In this document: piece after piece, positions 13,370 through 27,172 of the stretch | Numbering within the stretch: the stretch's first letter is position 1 | How the letters are laid out: every line of letters starts with the position of its first letter | Source of the DNA: Eledone cirrhosa | Lineage: Eukaryota | NCBI GenBank assembly: GCA_964016885.1 | Contig: OZ024740.1 | Span: 402,876,001 to 402,940,000 of the forward strand | Direction of reading: 5' to 3' | DNA: 64,000 nt | Notes under the pieces: generated by a model | What the model saw: the letters and a program-made list of their open reading frames with translations, nothing else | Databases searched by the model: none | What the model was told of the DNA's origin: nothing | Translations under genes and position numbers: made by a program

Positions 13370-13730
13370 CTTTGGAAGAAGAATCAGGATGGAGAGAGAG
13401 GTGCTGTACCCCAGCAAGTTTTATGAAAGGTGGGTGAAAGTGGCGATAATGGCCCGAGTGAATGAGCCTTCTCTCTATATCAGCCTGTAGGTTGAGGAAA
13501 AGGAGGAGGAGGGGAAAGGAGTACAAGCTCTTCGTACTCCTGGAGATGAGGGTTGCACATTTTTTTTCGGAGGTATGTGTTACCCATATAAACTGTCTCC
13601 CTCTATTGGGGAAAATCGACTAACTTTTAAATTCCATCTGTGATAACATTTTACACGTTTTTATTGTATGTAAACTTCCCCCTTTGTATTTGTCCCCTTC
13701 TTTTGTGCCCCTGTGGCTAATAAAGAAATA
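13370..13730 (+). mobile_element. L1/Tx1-like LINE 3' end inserted in (TA)n
   Basis: Translates ..EREVLYPSKFYERWVKVA.. (FxxRW C-terminal motif), then a 3'UTR ending in AATAAA at about 13719. Confidence 0.5.
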
Positions 13731-13839
13731 TATCTATATATATATATATATATAGTAATAATAATAAAATTGAAGACTAAAATCCAAAGAGGGCTCGATA
13801 AGGAAAATATATATCAAATATATAAGAACCGTAGAGCAA

Positions 13840-14710
13840 ATATTTATTAAAATAACAGATTAAAGTTTAAGCAAAGAATCGCTGCTTTCACCCTTAACGG
13901 ATCTTCTGAAACTAACAAAGTCAATCTGTAAACGCAGAACTGGATATTTCAAAAAACGTTGCAACCGGAGGAAGACAGGAAGACGATACTTTGTTTCGTG
14001 GAAACGTTCGCTGGCAAAGAATGGGAAAAAACGAATAATACGTCATTAATAGGAGCGGTGAAAAACAATTACGCGCAAAGACAGAACCACGTTTATGGTA
14101 TAAAAGAGATCGTATACTAATGTTCTCTTAGGTGATGCATAGAGACGTTCTCTGGCAATGAACGAAAAAAACGAAGATAATAAGTCATATGTAAAGCGTG
14201 GAGAACAATAGCACGCAAAGACAAAACCATGTAAATTGTATAGCAGAAGTCGTAGACTAAAATTCTAACTAGGAGACCAAATGAATCTCCGCTACAGAGT
14301 TAAGAACAAAGTAAATAAATACAATACAGAAGTTTGTCTTTGCGTGCTATTGTTCTCCACGCTCCACATATGACTTATTATATTCGTTTTTTCGTTCATT
14401 GCCAGAGAACGTCTCTATGCACCACCTAAGAGAACATTAGTCTACGACCTCCTTTATACCATAAACGTGGTTCTGTCTTTGCGCGTAATTGTTTTTCACC
14501 GCTCCTATTAATGACGTATTATTCGTTTTTTCCCGTTCTTTGCCAGCGAACGTTACCACGAACCAAAGTATCGTCTTCCTGTCTTCCTCCGGTTGCAACG
14601 TTTTTTGAAATATCCAGTTCTGCGTTTACAGATTGACTTTGTTAGTTTCAGAAGATCCCATTAAGGGTGAAAGCAGCGATTCTTTGCTTAAACTTTAATC
14701 TGTTATTTTA

Positions 14711-14718
<8 letters not shown>
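13840..14718. mobile_element. About 385-bp-arm inverted repeat element between (TA)n tracts
   Basis: 13840-14226 is the reverse complement of 14333-14718; internal ~140-bp tandem duplication; hammerhead-like folds at 14644-14694 (+) and 13864-13913 (-). Confidence 0.85.
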
Positions 14719-14749
<31 letters not shown>

Positions 14750-14752
<3 letters not shown>

Positions 14753-15420
14753 CTGAACAAGGCACTCATATTCGCGACAAATAGGACAGACTTAACGCGC
14801 GACGAGGTCCAAATCATACATGCCACCAGAAAGACCCTGATCCGATTCAGTGGGGACATATGGACCCGGAGTGACTGGCCAAATCATTTTGACATTACAA
14901 TGGGCTCCAGTGACTCCGCACAGCTAACGGACTTGGTTGGGATATACATATTCTACGAGATCAGGAGCGAAATACCCAGTCTGGGTGCCGGACTGTACCA
15001 AGACAATGCACTCTTCACCGTCGTGGACCATAGCACCACAATGGTCGAAAATATGAAGAGGAGAATTAGACACTTCTTTAGCAATGTAAGACTTAAAGTA
15101 GAGATGAAATCCAATAGAAAAGTAGTGAATTTCCTGGACACCACCCTCAACCGCAACACTAAGCTACACCACCCATATCATTAACCCAATGAGAAGCTGG
15201 TGTATATCAACGCTGGGTCCAATCACCCTAGATCTATAGTTAAGGCCGTAGTTAAGAGTGTCTCTGACAGGATCTCTAACTTGTCTGCCAATAAAGATAT
15301 CTTCAATAGTAACGCTGATTACTATAACTCAGCGCTAGCTAAGGCCTCCCACAGCCATAGGATCAGCTATAACCCAAAGGGACATGATCGAGATGACCCA
15401 AGGGTACCCTCAAGGGCATG
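14750..15420 (+). pseudogene. 5'-truncated Penelope-like reverse transcriptase fragment (Naiad-like)
   Basis: FDITMGSSDSAQLTDLVGIY, GLYQDN (decayed YxDD), VNFLDTTLN, YINAGSNHP; in-frame stop at about 15182; starts directly at a (TA)n tract. Confidence 0.85.
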
Positions 15421-15930
15421 AGTCGCCCACCTAATACCTCGGTGACCACTAGTAACACGCCCAGACCCCTATCCGTCACCACCCCCGATAGAAGGTCTGG
15501 CATACCCCACTGGTCTAATAACTACAATGCTGAAGTCCACTGCGGTGCGGAGCATAGGCACCCCTGCACCGGCCCCACCACCCGCCGAACCCGCATTGAG
15601 CAGGGAGACCGCGTCGCACAGGTTTATAGCCCCACGGTGGGCCCATATAACCCTCATGATAGTGACCGCTCCGCACACCTGAGTGACACCAACCCCTCCC
15701 CGGGAGTGGCCCACACAGGAAGAACAATTATCCTAAGATACTAACCCTATACACATGAATGAGTGCCCACAACCGTGCGTTGTGTGTGTATACTGGGATT
15801 ACGTAAATATACACACTCATGTGCACGCAACGAAATACTAATACCCCAGGTTGCATTTGAAAAATGTTCGAGTGTATGCTTAAGAGTATATTTGTATATG
15901 CTCTCTTGTATGAGTGCACATAAAATACAT

Positions 15931-16574
15931 ATTTAAAAATTTTTTCTCTATTTGCTGGACCTTGATCTTATATGTTGTGGCTTGTTAATTTATTAACCCG
16001 CCATAGAACCACATTGGCATACGGTTGGATAATACTTGTATCCCTATATGTATTTTTTACACGTAGGAACACATACTTTATTATTATTAATCTCCCCTAA
16101 GGTTGAGATAATATTTGGGCGTTTGAACTGCTGCTATTTCTAGTGGCAGGACATTGACCTGTCCACCCTGCCTTCGGTCTTTACACACGGCACTAGACAA
16201 AATTATTCCTTTCCTCATTCACTCTCATCCGGGAACGGTTTTGTATGGCGTCAGTTTTTGATTTGAACTCGGGAATTTTATATTCTCCGAACGAGAAGAA
16301 CCTTCTGAAGAGAGCCCGCTTCTCAATGGAAATCCGCTTGGATTATCCGTTTATTTTGGGATGTGAAACCACGCGGTAAAGGCACATATAGTAAGTGCAG
16401 CGAACTTTTTATAATTTATTTTAAAACTTTTTCTCTATTTGCTGGACCTTGATTTTATATGTTCTGGCTTGTTAATTTATTAACTCGTCATAGAACCACA
16501 TTGGCATACGCTTGGATAATACTTGTATCCCTATATGTATTTTTTACACGTAGGAACACATACTTTATTATTAC
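15931..16574 (+). mobile_element. Partial tandem (pseudo-LTR-like) repeat, period about 487 bp, with hammerhead
   Basis: 15931-16087 is repeated at 16421-16574; ends in (TA)n. Confidence 0.8.
16301..16382 (+). ncRNA. Type I hammerhead with branched stem II
   Basis: CCTT-CTGAAGA-[small hairpins]-GAAACC-acgc-GGTA|AAGG. Confidence 0.7.
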
Positions 16575-16673
16575 ATATATATATATAGTTAAATCTTAGA
16601 CAGGAACAAAAACAGAGAGTCAGTGCAAATATGAGATGATTAGGTTCATGCTTTTGAGAGTGGGGGGGGGGGG

Positions 16674-16917
16674 GGTAAGGAACCAGGTGGACCATAACGC
16701 ACAAGAATACACGATATTTAGGGTAGTAGAGTGGGTAATAGGAAAATGTTCAAGACCTCGACGGCAGAGCTCGAGTCGTTTCGACGGCTATTTCTGGACT
16801 AAATTAGAATATTTAGCATGGTAATAAATAGACTATTACCACGCTAAAATTTCTAATTCAGTCCAGAAATAGCCGTCGAAACGGCTTGAGCTCTGCCGTC
16901 GGGGTCTTGAACATTTT

Positions 16918-16980
<63 letters not shown>

Positions 16981-17173
16981 GAAAAGGTATGACACCGATG
17001 GCAGAGCTCAAGCCGTTTCGACGGCTATTTCTGGAATGAATCCAGAAATACCGTCGAAGCGGCTTGAGGTCTACCTTCAGGGTCATACCTGTTCCTATAA
17101 CCCACTCTACTACCCTAAGTATTGAGTACTCTGGTGCGTTATGGTCCATCTGGTTCCTTCCACAATTCCTTCG

Positions 17174-17176
<3 letters not shown>
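16674..17176. mobile_element. Two family A fold-back copies (16674-16920, 16979-17176) separated by (TA)n
   Basis: Both contain gacggcagagctcaagccgtttcgacggctatttctgga and its inverse. Confidence 0.85.
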
Positions 17177-17227
<51 letters not shown>

Positions 17228-17568
17228 GGGGTGGAGTTATATATATACAAGAGGTTGTGCAGGCAGTTGGCATTCGAAAGACCATCCAGCCGTAAGAACA
17301 TGACAATACATGTCCACATAGGAAACGCACGTAAAAGCGATGATAAAGATAATGTATATATATATATATATAAATGAAAAATAAATATATATATTTACTA
17401 AGCATCCACACACGCGAACTGGCGCGAAATTTATTATAATTATTGACAAACCAATCAAATTACTTCTCGAAAAACCTGGCATTACGGGCCACTTTTTCCA
17501 TATAAAACAAGTAACATTCAGAGACCAACCAGATGTGAGAAAAACCACAGACCCTCCATCTCAACTCA

Positions 17569-17606
17569 CCTTTTGAAAAGCAGAATAACTGCGAAACCGG
17601 TAAAGG
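17569..17606 (+). ncRNA. Minimal type I hammerhead, U3:A8 variant
   Basis: CCTT-TTGAAAA-GCAG aataa CTGC-GAAACCGGTA|AAGG, inside a TA-flanked insert of about 17226-17680. Confidence 0.75.
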
Positions 17607-17673
17607 AACCAAATAAATATATATATTTTTAAAAAAAATAAGACTCCAGTTGCATTTTCGATTTCATCTCTTT

Positions 17674-17717
<44 letters not shown>

Positions 17718-17805
17718 GTGGAAGCTTAGTAAATCACCAACACCATGACTGTATATATATATATAAATGCTGATAATACGAGTATCATGCTGTATTGCAA
17801 GGTGT

Positions 17806-17864
<59 letters not shown>

Positions 17865-18037
17865 GTCGAAATAACATCAACATATTCTGCCATTCTCTGT
17901 ATCACGAAGTGAATCTACAAATCAAAAGCCCTATCGATCCCAGAGTCGATAACGATCGTACCTTGAGCTGATCAGTCGCTAAACGCGCATCACACGTGAA
18001 TAAACATAATGCTGCTACATTGATACAGCATCCCTCG

Positions 18038-18230
18038 ATGGATTGGCAGTATCGGTAGAGAGTCGGACGCCATGCTTTGACGCATAGAGTTACGGCCCTT
18101 GCCATTCTGAGTTCAAATCCCGCCGAGATTAACTTTGCTTTTCATCCTTACGGGGTCGATAAAATAAAGTACCAGTAATGCACTGGGATAATTGCTGGCC
18201 TTGTGCCAAAAGTAGAAACAATTATTATTA
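18038..18230 (+). mobile_element. tRNA-derived SINE copy
   Basis: Full A/B box, core and ATT tail. Confidence 0.85.
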
Positions 18231-18484
18231 TTAAGTCTGGTTCTTGAGGATACTGAATACAGTGTAATAACAAACGGCAACCGAGCCCACATTGGCGTTC
18301 ACTGCTGAATCTGGTGAAAAATCGTAATGCATTGAAATGGCCAAGAGTCCCAGCAGACAACTGATGAAGGAAAATGTTCTCCCGTTCTTGCTTTCCTCTT
18401 TTTATAAGTACACCTTATCCAACAACCACACAGCCCCTGTTTACTCTTAAAATAAAATACACGCGCACACACACACACACACAC

Positions 18485-18521
<37 letters not shown>

Positions 18522-18524
<3 letters not shown>

Positions 18525-18930
18525 TTCGTTTCTGAATTTGTTTAGCAAGATTCTTTATCTGAAAGCGTGTGTTGAAACCCATATTGTTATACTATGGGAG
18601 GGTCATGTTGCCAATAAGAAACACACGCACCAGTTTCTTTCACTTCAATTTATTATAATAAATTTATAAATTTAGGAATTTATAAATTTCCGGTTGGTTG
18701 GTTCCACAACCAGATGGTTGTTTATATATTGTCAAAGTTCTTTCGTCACACATTCTGTGACCTCTTCAGTGACTGGGGATTCTTTTCTTTGTTTTTGTGC
18801 CTCTCAGAAACAAGATGGCGTAGGACAGAACAAAGGAGAGGCACAAAAACAAAGAAAAGAATCCCCAGTCACTGAAGAGGTCACAGAATGTGTGATGAAA
18901 GAACATGACCCTCCCAAAGTATAACAATAT
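18522..18930. mobile_element. Fold-back PLE-type insert with hammerheads at 18731-18773 (-) and 18868-18910 (+)
   Basis: GTCA-CTGAAGA-gGTCACA gaatg TGTGAC-GAAAGAACTT|TGAC; terminal motif atattgttatact.ggggagggtcat is shared with 44165, 44790, 50140 and 50530. Confidence 0.75.
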
Positions 18931-19009
18931 ATATATATATACATAAAACTAACAAATAGTTTCTCGCTCTACATGGTTGAATACAATAAATGTAATCTGA
19001 GTTTTTTTA

Positions 19010-19130
19010 ATAATTGTTTCTACCTTTGGCACAAGGCCAGAAATTACCCAGTGTATTACTGGTACTTTATTTTATCGACCCCGTAAGGATGAAAGGCAAA
19101 GTTAACTTCGGCGGGATTTGAACTCAGAAT
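19010..19130 (-). mobile_element. 5'-truncated SINE copy
   Basis: Reverse complement of the SINE 3' half. Confidence 0.85.
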
Positions 19131-19199
19131 AATAATATTCGATTTATCTGCAAGTATGTAAACAGCCTCTTTTAAGATATGATAGTAGAATGACAATTA

Positions 19200-19363
19200 C
19201 CGTATTTCCCGGTGCCGAAGACGTCCCTCGAGGACGCACCCTAATTTTGACAACCAAAAATTTGGAAAAAAGTAATAAACAACCTCCGGCCTACAGGACA
19301 CATGGTAGATTTTTTGACTTATTTTAGGAAAAAAAGTAGCGTCTTTGACGACGGGAAATACGG
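19200..19363. mobile_element. Tc1/mariner-pogo type MITE
   Basis: TIRs CCGTATTTCCCG...CGGGAAATACGG flanked by a TA duplication; no ORF. Confidence 0.8.
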
Positions 19364-19903
19364 TATATTGTTATACCTGGCAATACAGCACGATACTCGT
19401 GAAATTTTAAAATTGTTTAAAGTTTCATTCTGATGAGCGATTTCATACGTTTGTGTCGAACTCGTCTGTCTTCGGGAAACTTTTGGTAAATGGAACAATT
19501 GTTTATTACATAACTAAATAGCTCTGTAGCATACATAGAGCACTCTCCTTTCCTTTACCGTTCCTACGGAAATAATTTATATATATATATTTATCAGAGA
19601 GGGAAACTCTGGAAAAAAAAACCTGCGGCTTCGGAAGCAACTGATGATGTTGACCAGTTCTCCTTTTCGGGTATTGTTTTCGATGGTCAGAGAGTGGGAT
19701 TGGTCGAGTGCATGGCCTTTTCCCACTTAAAAAAACCTTCAAAGCACAGGCATTGCTTGTTCAGGGTCTGTTACAGGTACGTGTGGCTGACCGTAGCTTA
19801 AAAGTGTACCATTTTCTGTAATCTTAGAAGCGATTGCAATACACTTAGCAGAGTTTGCAACCATCATATATATATATATATGTGTGTGTGTATGTGTGTG
19901 AGA

Positions 19904-19966
<63 letters not shown>

Positions 19967-20432
19967 CAATTATACGTTATATACTATTTAAGTACATGTG
20001 TATTTTAAATTGCCATACAAGTGCCTTTACATGTAAATATGTTTATGTATTATGACTGATTATGAGTATATATAGTTTACTACAAATCTAAACAATTATC
20101 CTTCGATCACTTGGGGGGGGGGGGGGATAATCGAGGTAAGTATCATACTTTGTATAAATGGCGACACACCAATCAATTTGGCTACGTCGTACAAATACAG
20201 AGTTTAATTAAGAATATCCTTTAAGGAAACAGTTTACCTTACATTAATACTGTTCGCTGTTAAGTCTATGTCGATGGAGTTAATCTTACAATGGTCAGCG
20301 TATGTAAATATCGTTGTACAAGTCTTGTCTGAAATGTCAATCATAACTAAACAGCTTGTTGTTTTCAGCTTAAACGAGTTCTTTTACGTCATTGAGGAAA
20401 TCTACATCGCAGTAAAAATACACACTTGTATA

Positions 20433-20885
<453 letters not shown>

Positions 20886-21449
20886 GTGCGTGTGTTTGTG
20901 TATGTGTGTGTGGTTGTAAATGTAGGTATATTCTTATTCAAATGTTTCTCTATATGTAATAGGTGTTAGAAATGCAGACCTGTATGTGCATCCTTTGTAG
21001 CTGCAACGTCTCACTATTACATTAAAGAAACAAATTATATATGTGTATATATATATATGTGTGTATATAAGGGCTGGTGGGTTTGTGTGCTTGTGTGTTT
21101 GTGTGTATGTGTTAATGTGTGAGTACATCGATGTTCAAGCAGATAAATACTTATTCCTGTATACTTCAAGGCCTACATGCCTGAATATACACACGCTCTT
21201 TCTTTCTCTCACTCTCTCCCTCTCTTTCTCCTTTTCTCTCTCATACACACACACACACGCGCACGCACAGACATACATACACACATACACACACACACAA
21301 ATATATATGTATATAAGGATATAGAGATATATAGACAAATATATGTATATATAGATATATAGACAAATATAAGTATATATATATATACATATATATATAT
21401 ATGTACATATATATATATATAGATATATATATATAGAGAGAGAGAAATG

Positions 21450-21505
<56 letters not shown>

Positions 21506-21919
21506 GTAGTGTGTGTGTTCCTCTGAATGTGAGTGAGTGTAAATGTGTGGATGACTAAATCATAGGCAAACTGATTGGAGGGAGAGTATTTTTCCCATAA
21601 AACCGGTTCTTAGCAACATAATCTGACTTGTCAGGTATATTACATATACAATTTCCTTTATATTCACTGTTTCAATTGTTACCGTTTTTATTGTTACTTC
21701 AAGTGATGTTTTATATTCTCTTTGTCTATTTCCTTTCCTTCTGTGTTGTTTTTTCTTTTGTACCTGATTAACGATATTGTTTGGTTTTTTTGTTTTCAAA
21801 ATAGTTATTGGTGGAGTGTACATGTGGTTAGTTGGTCGCTGAAATGATAGCAAGCCGAAATATAATGCTTTACTGTATTCATTCTCTTATTTAATTTCCA
21901 CCCACAACATTCTGGTTTC

Positions 21920-22290
21920 CAATCCTACCGAGGTCAACATTACCATTTATTCTTTGGATGACGAAAATACCAGTCAACTACTATGGGCAATATAATCGCA
22001 TTTCTTCAACCCACATAATGCTGGCCTTGTGCCTAAATTAAGAACCTTTTAAAAACTGGTTGATTTATATAATTGGCAGAGCGTCGGAAAAATTTTGTAT
22101 TATTTGTTCTGGGTCTACTGATTTTTTTTTTCTGGGGGGAGGGGGTATTTTTTGGTGGGAGTTGTTCAAATCCAGCCAAGGTAACATTTGCCTTTAACCC
22201 TTCAGGTATCAATAAAATAAGGTACCAGTCAAGTAGTGTAGTTAATTTGATAAACTTTGCCCTTCCCCCAAATTTACTGGCTATATCCCT
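21920..22290 (+). mobile_element. Two older diverged SINE copies
   Basis: Degenerate B box and core (gttcaaatccagccaaggtaacatttgcctttaacccttc). Confidence 0.65.
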
Positions 22291-23334
22291 AGATTAATGA
22301 TCAATACCGCGAGTGAGATGTAGATATGGTTAGATGGCGTTTCAAGCGATAAAAGGCCGAAAAAATGTTTTGCTCTTCATCTCTTTAATTTCTATCCAAT
22401 ACACTCTGATTTCAAATCTTGCAGTTGTCGATTGACAATTCCAAACAACCACGATTATTAGATTAAGTGAGAACGACTTGAACTTAATTATGAGCCAACA
22501 AGACAGATTCTGCGCAGTCGCTCCAATCTGATGGAATTAACAGCCGAAATCTCCCTGCTGTTTTATGTAAGGACACATTAGACAATGTATTTAAACACAC
22601 TCGCAAAAAGGCTGCATTTTCGCAATTGGAATGACTTCGATCATTTATTCTCGATTATAGTAAATAACAACATAGGTATATAGTAAATATTAGAAAATAA
22701 TATATTATTGGAATGGAATTGAATAGCTGGAAGAAAACATTTAGCTCTAGACTTGTGGCTTTTAGTATCATTTTACATTCCTTCCATCTCTGATGTCGGT
22801 GTCGATCTTGAATTTCATCTCTTCAGAGTCTGAAACAAAAACAAGAAATATATTGGGGCCTGTTCAATCATCTATAAACACTTTCTTGCAAGGCCTATCC
22901 ATAAAAGATTCACATAGGCGTGGAAGGTGGTACTAACGTTATGTGAATCTCACAATGCTAAACTACGAAGCATTGACTTACATACATTTCTTATATTACG
23001 TTCTCAATTCAAACCCCAACAGAATAGACGTCACTTATCATCCCACCATATAAATTTATATACTCTCTGGAGTCAAATTTGCTTCAGATGCTATTCAAAG
23101 GAAACCTTGAAATTAAAGAGTCCAACTCAAATCACAGAAATCTATGAGATATTTTCGATATTTAAATTTATTTAACCTTTCAATGTATTTCCGATCTATA
23201 TGAATCCCATCAATGAGTATCTCAATTTTACTTTAAAAACTTCCCTCTGCACGAAAGTAACCAAGCTTTAAATACTTTAAGATGGATTGTTGCTGATTAG
23301 TTGGCATTGACTGGTTTAGAACCATATTATTTTC

Positions 23335-23512
23335 GGTGGATTAGCAGTATCGGTAGAGAGTCGGACGCCATGCTTAGTTGCGGGCCTTTATGATCTGAGT
23401 TGAAATCCCACCGAGGTTAACTTTGCCTTTCATCCTTACGGGGTCGATAAAATAAAGTACCAGTAATGCACTGAGTAATTGCTGGCCATGTGCCAAAAGT
23501 AGAAACAATTAT
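23335..23512 (+). mobile_element. tRNA-derived SINE copy
   Basis: Matches the family consensus. Confidence 0.85.
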
Positions 23513-25754
23513 TTTCAATGTTGGTAGTGATATATGTAGTGGTGGTTGTAGTAGAGATGGTTTTAATAGTAGTTCTCTGGTGACTATGGTGGTGACGATG
23601 GTGAGGGTAGTGGTGGTGGGGGAAGTTGTAGGGGTGTTGCTGCTGCTGGTGGTGGTTATGTTGATGTTGTTGTTAGTTGTGTAGACGGCGTCGCCGTCGT
23701 TGTCATCGTGGTTGTTGTGGTTGTGGTTGTGGTGGTATAGCTTCTGCTCAACCCTGATCGATCTGTCCAGTTGCATCCATGGAGTCAAGAGAAAGACGAA
23801 ACGCTACCCAGAAATCCATCTTCGCAATTACACCATGTTTCTGCCTAGTCAATGACTATATTGCAATCTCGACAGTATATTTTTGTACGCCCATATATGT
23901 GGTTAGTTACCACAAGGGAGGTGACAGCTGTGGACATAGTCAGAGCCATGAGAGATGCTTTTTCTCTGCATTTTCTGTTGTTAGTGTACATCCGAGTACA
24001 GAGGGAGATAACAATGTGGCTATTGGTATTGCTGTTAATTGTGTGTGTATGTGTGTGTGTGGGGGGGGGGGGGTTCAGTAGGCTTCGTCGAATGCGTAAA
24101 TGCATTATTTCCATAAATATGTGCATGCAATCAAGATTAACTTCTCATTCCTGTTTTCCTATACGTTTTATGATCATACAGTGTTATGACGTTAAATTAT
24201 TGTAGAATCGTTTGCGTGGCTTGATTTCATTCAATTACCATACTTGATAGGGATGTAGGGACTAACGATACCTTAGACAATAGAGTGAGCTTCGCATTAT
24301 GGCTCGAGCGATCTCAATTAAATTAGTATTGCAGTCAAGTTAATCTTTAGGTTTCACCAATTTGACTAAATACCAGTCATATACACGATTATCTCAACAT
24401 TTCAAACGAATTGGTTTTGTATACAGTTGAAAGAGATCGTTATCATATTTTTTAATAGCTGTTGATGTATTTTTATTAGTAAAAATATTAGTAATAATAG
24501 TGTTGTTGGTTGCAATCATAGCAATAGTAGTATCGATGATAATACTTGTTAGCCGTGTTAATTAACAGTGCAGTACTGATTAGTTAGTTTTGTGACTAAG
24601 TGCCGTGATCAATAGCCAACAGATACGTGGCTAAATCAGACAGCCGCCAATCAACTTCAAATGGAGCTGATTTACAATCTGTTTTGCTAGATTTCTGTCT
24701 GACAATGAAACAGGTTATTTCGTCCTCTTAATAAACGGATTTTGTCGTCGAAGACGTAGTCGTCACCACCATAGCTTTTGTTTATGTTGTTGCTTTTATT
24801 GTTGTAGTTGTTTGTGGCTTGTTATCGTTTGTTAAATGACTGTTTAATTGGTCTCCTCAAAGAATCAAATCTTAAGCTGCGTTTACATTGATAACTTGAT
24901 AGTATTTCCCTTTCCCTAGTCGTTGTTATTCTTGCTACTTTGAACTTTCCGCTAATGTACTTTCCTCACGTGATATTCAGCTAGTTATTACCTAACAGTA
25001 TATAATGCTGTACGACTCCTTCTTGCAGATAGTGTTGTAGCTGCTGCTGCCACTGCTGCTACTGAGTGTTTTGATATTGTTGTCAATCTCTCTAATATCT
25101 TAATTGCTGTGTCGATTGATGCCATTGCACTTGTTGTTGAAGTTTTAGTAATTAATTCTGTTATTTTCAGTCTTTTGTTTGACCTAGAGGCAGGTGGAAT
25201 ACTGCAATTGTTTCTTGTTAGACTACTTTTATAAATGGGAATTATATATTACCTCTCAGTCTTTATTTCTCTTTTTATCTCTGGTTCTTTCCTCCGTCTC
25301 ATTCTGTGATTTGTTCTTTTTACTCATTATCCCCCCCCCCCCTCTCGCTCTCTGTCTGTCTCTTTCTCTCTCTATATATATATACACCTGTCTCTCTATC
25401 TCTCTCAACATAAGTTTATATATATGGACACGCACATATTACAAGGCAAATACGCACGGATTCACATGCCCAAACATATAAAAATGCAAAGACACGCACA
25501 TATATATATCCGTCTGGATGATGTCGCAACATCGTAGAGTAATACTAAGCTTCCGGTTTGCACTAGTAATTTTTGACTTCATCACAGTCAGTGACTGTAA
25601 GCACACTACTTAAAAACTAAGACTTTCTATACAATGTTATAGGTCATTGTCCTCTGTGAATGTATTTATGTGTGTGTGGGTGTGTGTTTGTCTTTTAACA
25701 TTTCTTATGAAACATCCCTGCTCCAGGATAAATCAAACTACCATTTGACATTTA

Positions 25755-27172
25755 ATAATTGTTTCTACTTTTGGCACAAGGCCAGCAAATTACCGAGTGC
25801 ATTACTGGTACTTTATTTTATCGACCCCGTAAGGATGAAAGGCAAAGTTAACCTCGGCGGGATTTGAACTCAGAATGGAAAGCGGCGTAACTCTATGCGA
25901 CAAAGTATATACTGATACTGCCAATCCACCGCCCTTTGACATTTAATAATGTTTGCATGCAATAGCTGCTCCTCATAGATATCATTTCGATCTTAAAACC
26001 CTCGGGTAGCTGGATAGGCAGTAGAGGGTCGGACTCCATGCTTTGCAGCACAGTTACGTCCCTTTACGGACTAAGTTCAAATCCCGCCGAGGTTAACTGC
26101 CTTTCATCCTCACGGGGTCGATAAAATGAAGTACCAGTAATGTACTGGGTAATTTCTGGCCTTATGCCAAAAGTAAAAACAATTATTTTATAGACAAAAT
26201 AGAAGTGTCTTCTATAGGATTAGATTTTTTTTTTTTTTTTGACAACTTAATGTTATATTCTCGGTAGCAAATTGTTCGATGCTCTAACGATTCTTCTGAT
26301 TCTCTATCACAGCTAAAGTATATAACCAGGAAGGTGTCGATGATGAAACCTATACTCAACTGACAAATTCTCAAAACTCATAACATACAATCTTAAAATA
26401 GGAAGGTAACAGTGACCAATTTAGTCCTAAATTTAGTCCTAAATGAGTGCTACATTCAAGATAGATACGTTCAATGAATTAACTTTGAGTTAGAAAGTGC
26501 AAGAACTACTGTACCAATCTCAGAAGGAAATCATAAACCCCGGAGCAATTAGAGCGTGGAAGAGTCAATTTAACAATTCTAAAAGGACTGGTCATTGACA
26601 CAGCTCCACTTGTGTTGCAGTATACATATTGTTATGACCAGGTCGCAAACGGTGTGACATTATTTTTGATAGGCGGTGGATTGGCAGTATAGGTAGAGGG
26701 TCGGGCGCCTTGCTTTGCAGCACAGTTACATCCCTTTACGGACTGAGTTCAAATCCTGCCGAGGTTAACTTTGCCTTTCATCCTTACGGGGTCGATAAAA
26801 TAAAGTACCAGTAATGCACTGGCCTTGTGCCTAAAGTAGAAACAATTATTTTTGATACCAAGAATAAGTGTTTAATTTAAAGTGAGGTTGTCGGCTTTTG
26901 TGTATTTTTTAATGGCGTATATGATTATTTCGTGGTGTAATTACTTTAGTTCCGACATTTGGTCTCAGATCAATTCACGTGACACACCACTATCTAATCT
27001 GTTGACAAATCTAAACGAAAAGGAGTGAAAAACAGATTGTATAGTTGGGTTACTTTTATCGGTAGAGGATCTGACGCCATGCTTTGCAGCATAGAGTTAC
27101 GGCCCTTTATGATCTGAGTTCAAATCCAGGCGAGGTTAACTTTGCCTTGTGCTAAAATTAGAAACAATTATT
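25755..27172. mobile_element. Cluster of four SINE copies: 25755-25935 (-), 26010-26185 (+), 26672-26850 (+), 27058-27172 (+, internal deletion)
   Basis: Each matches the family consensus. Confidence 0.85.

Noticed and set aside
23740-24205. Possible exon or ORF region
   Set aside because: No recognisable protein motif or consistent splice sites.
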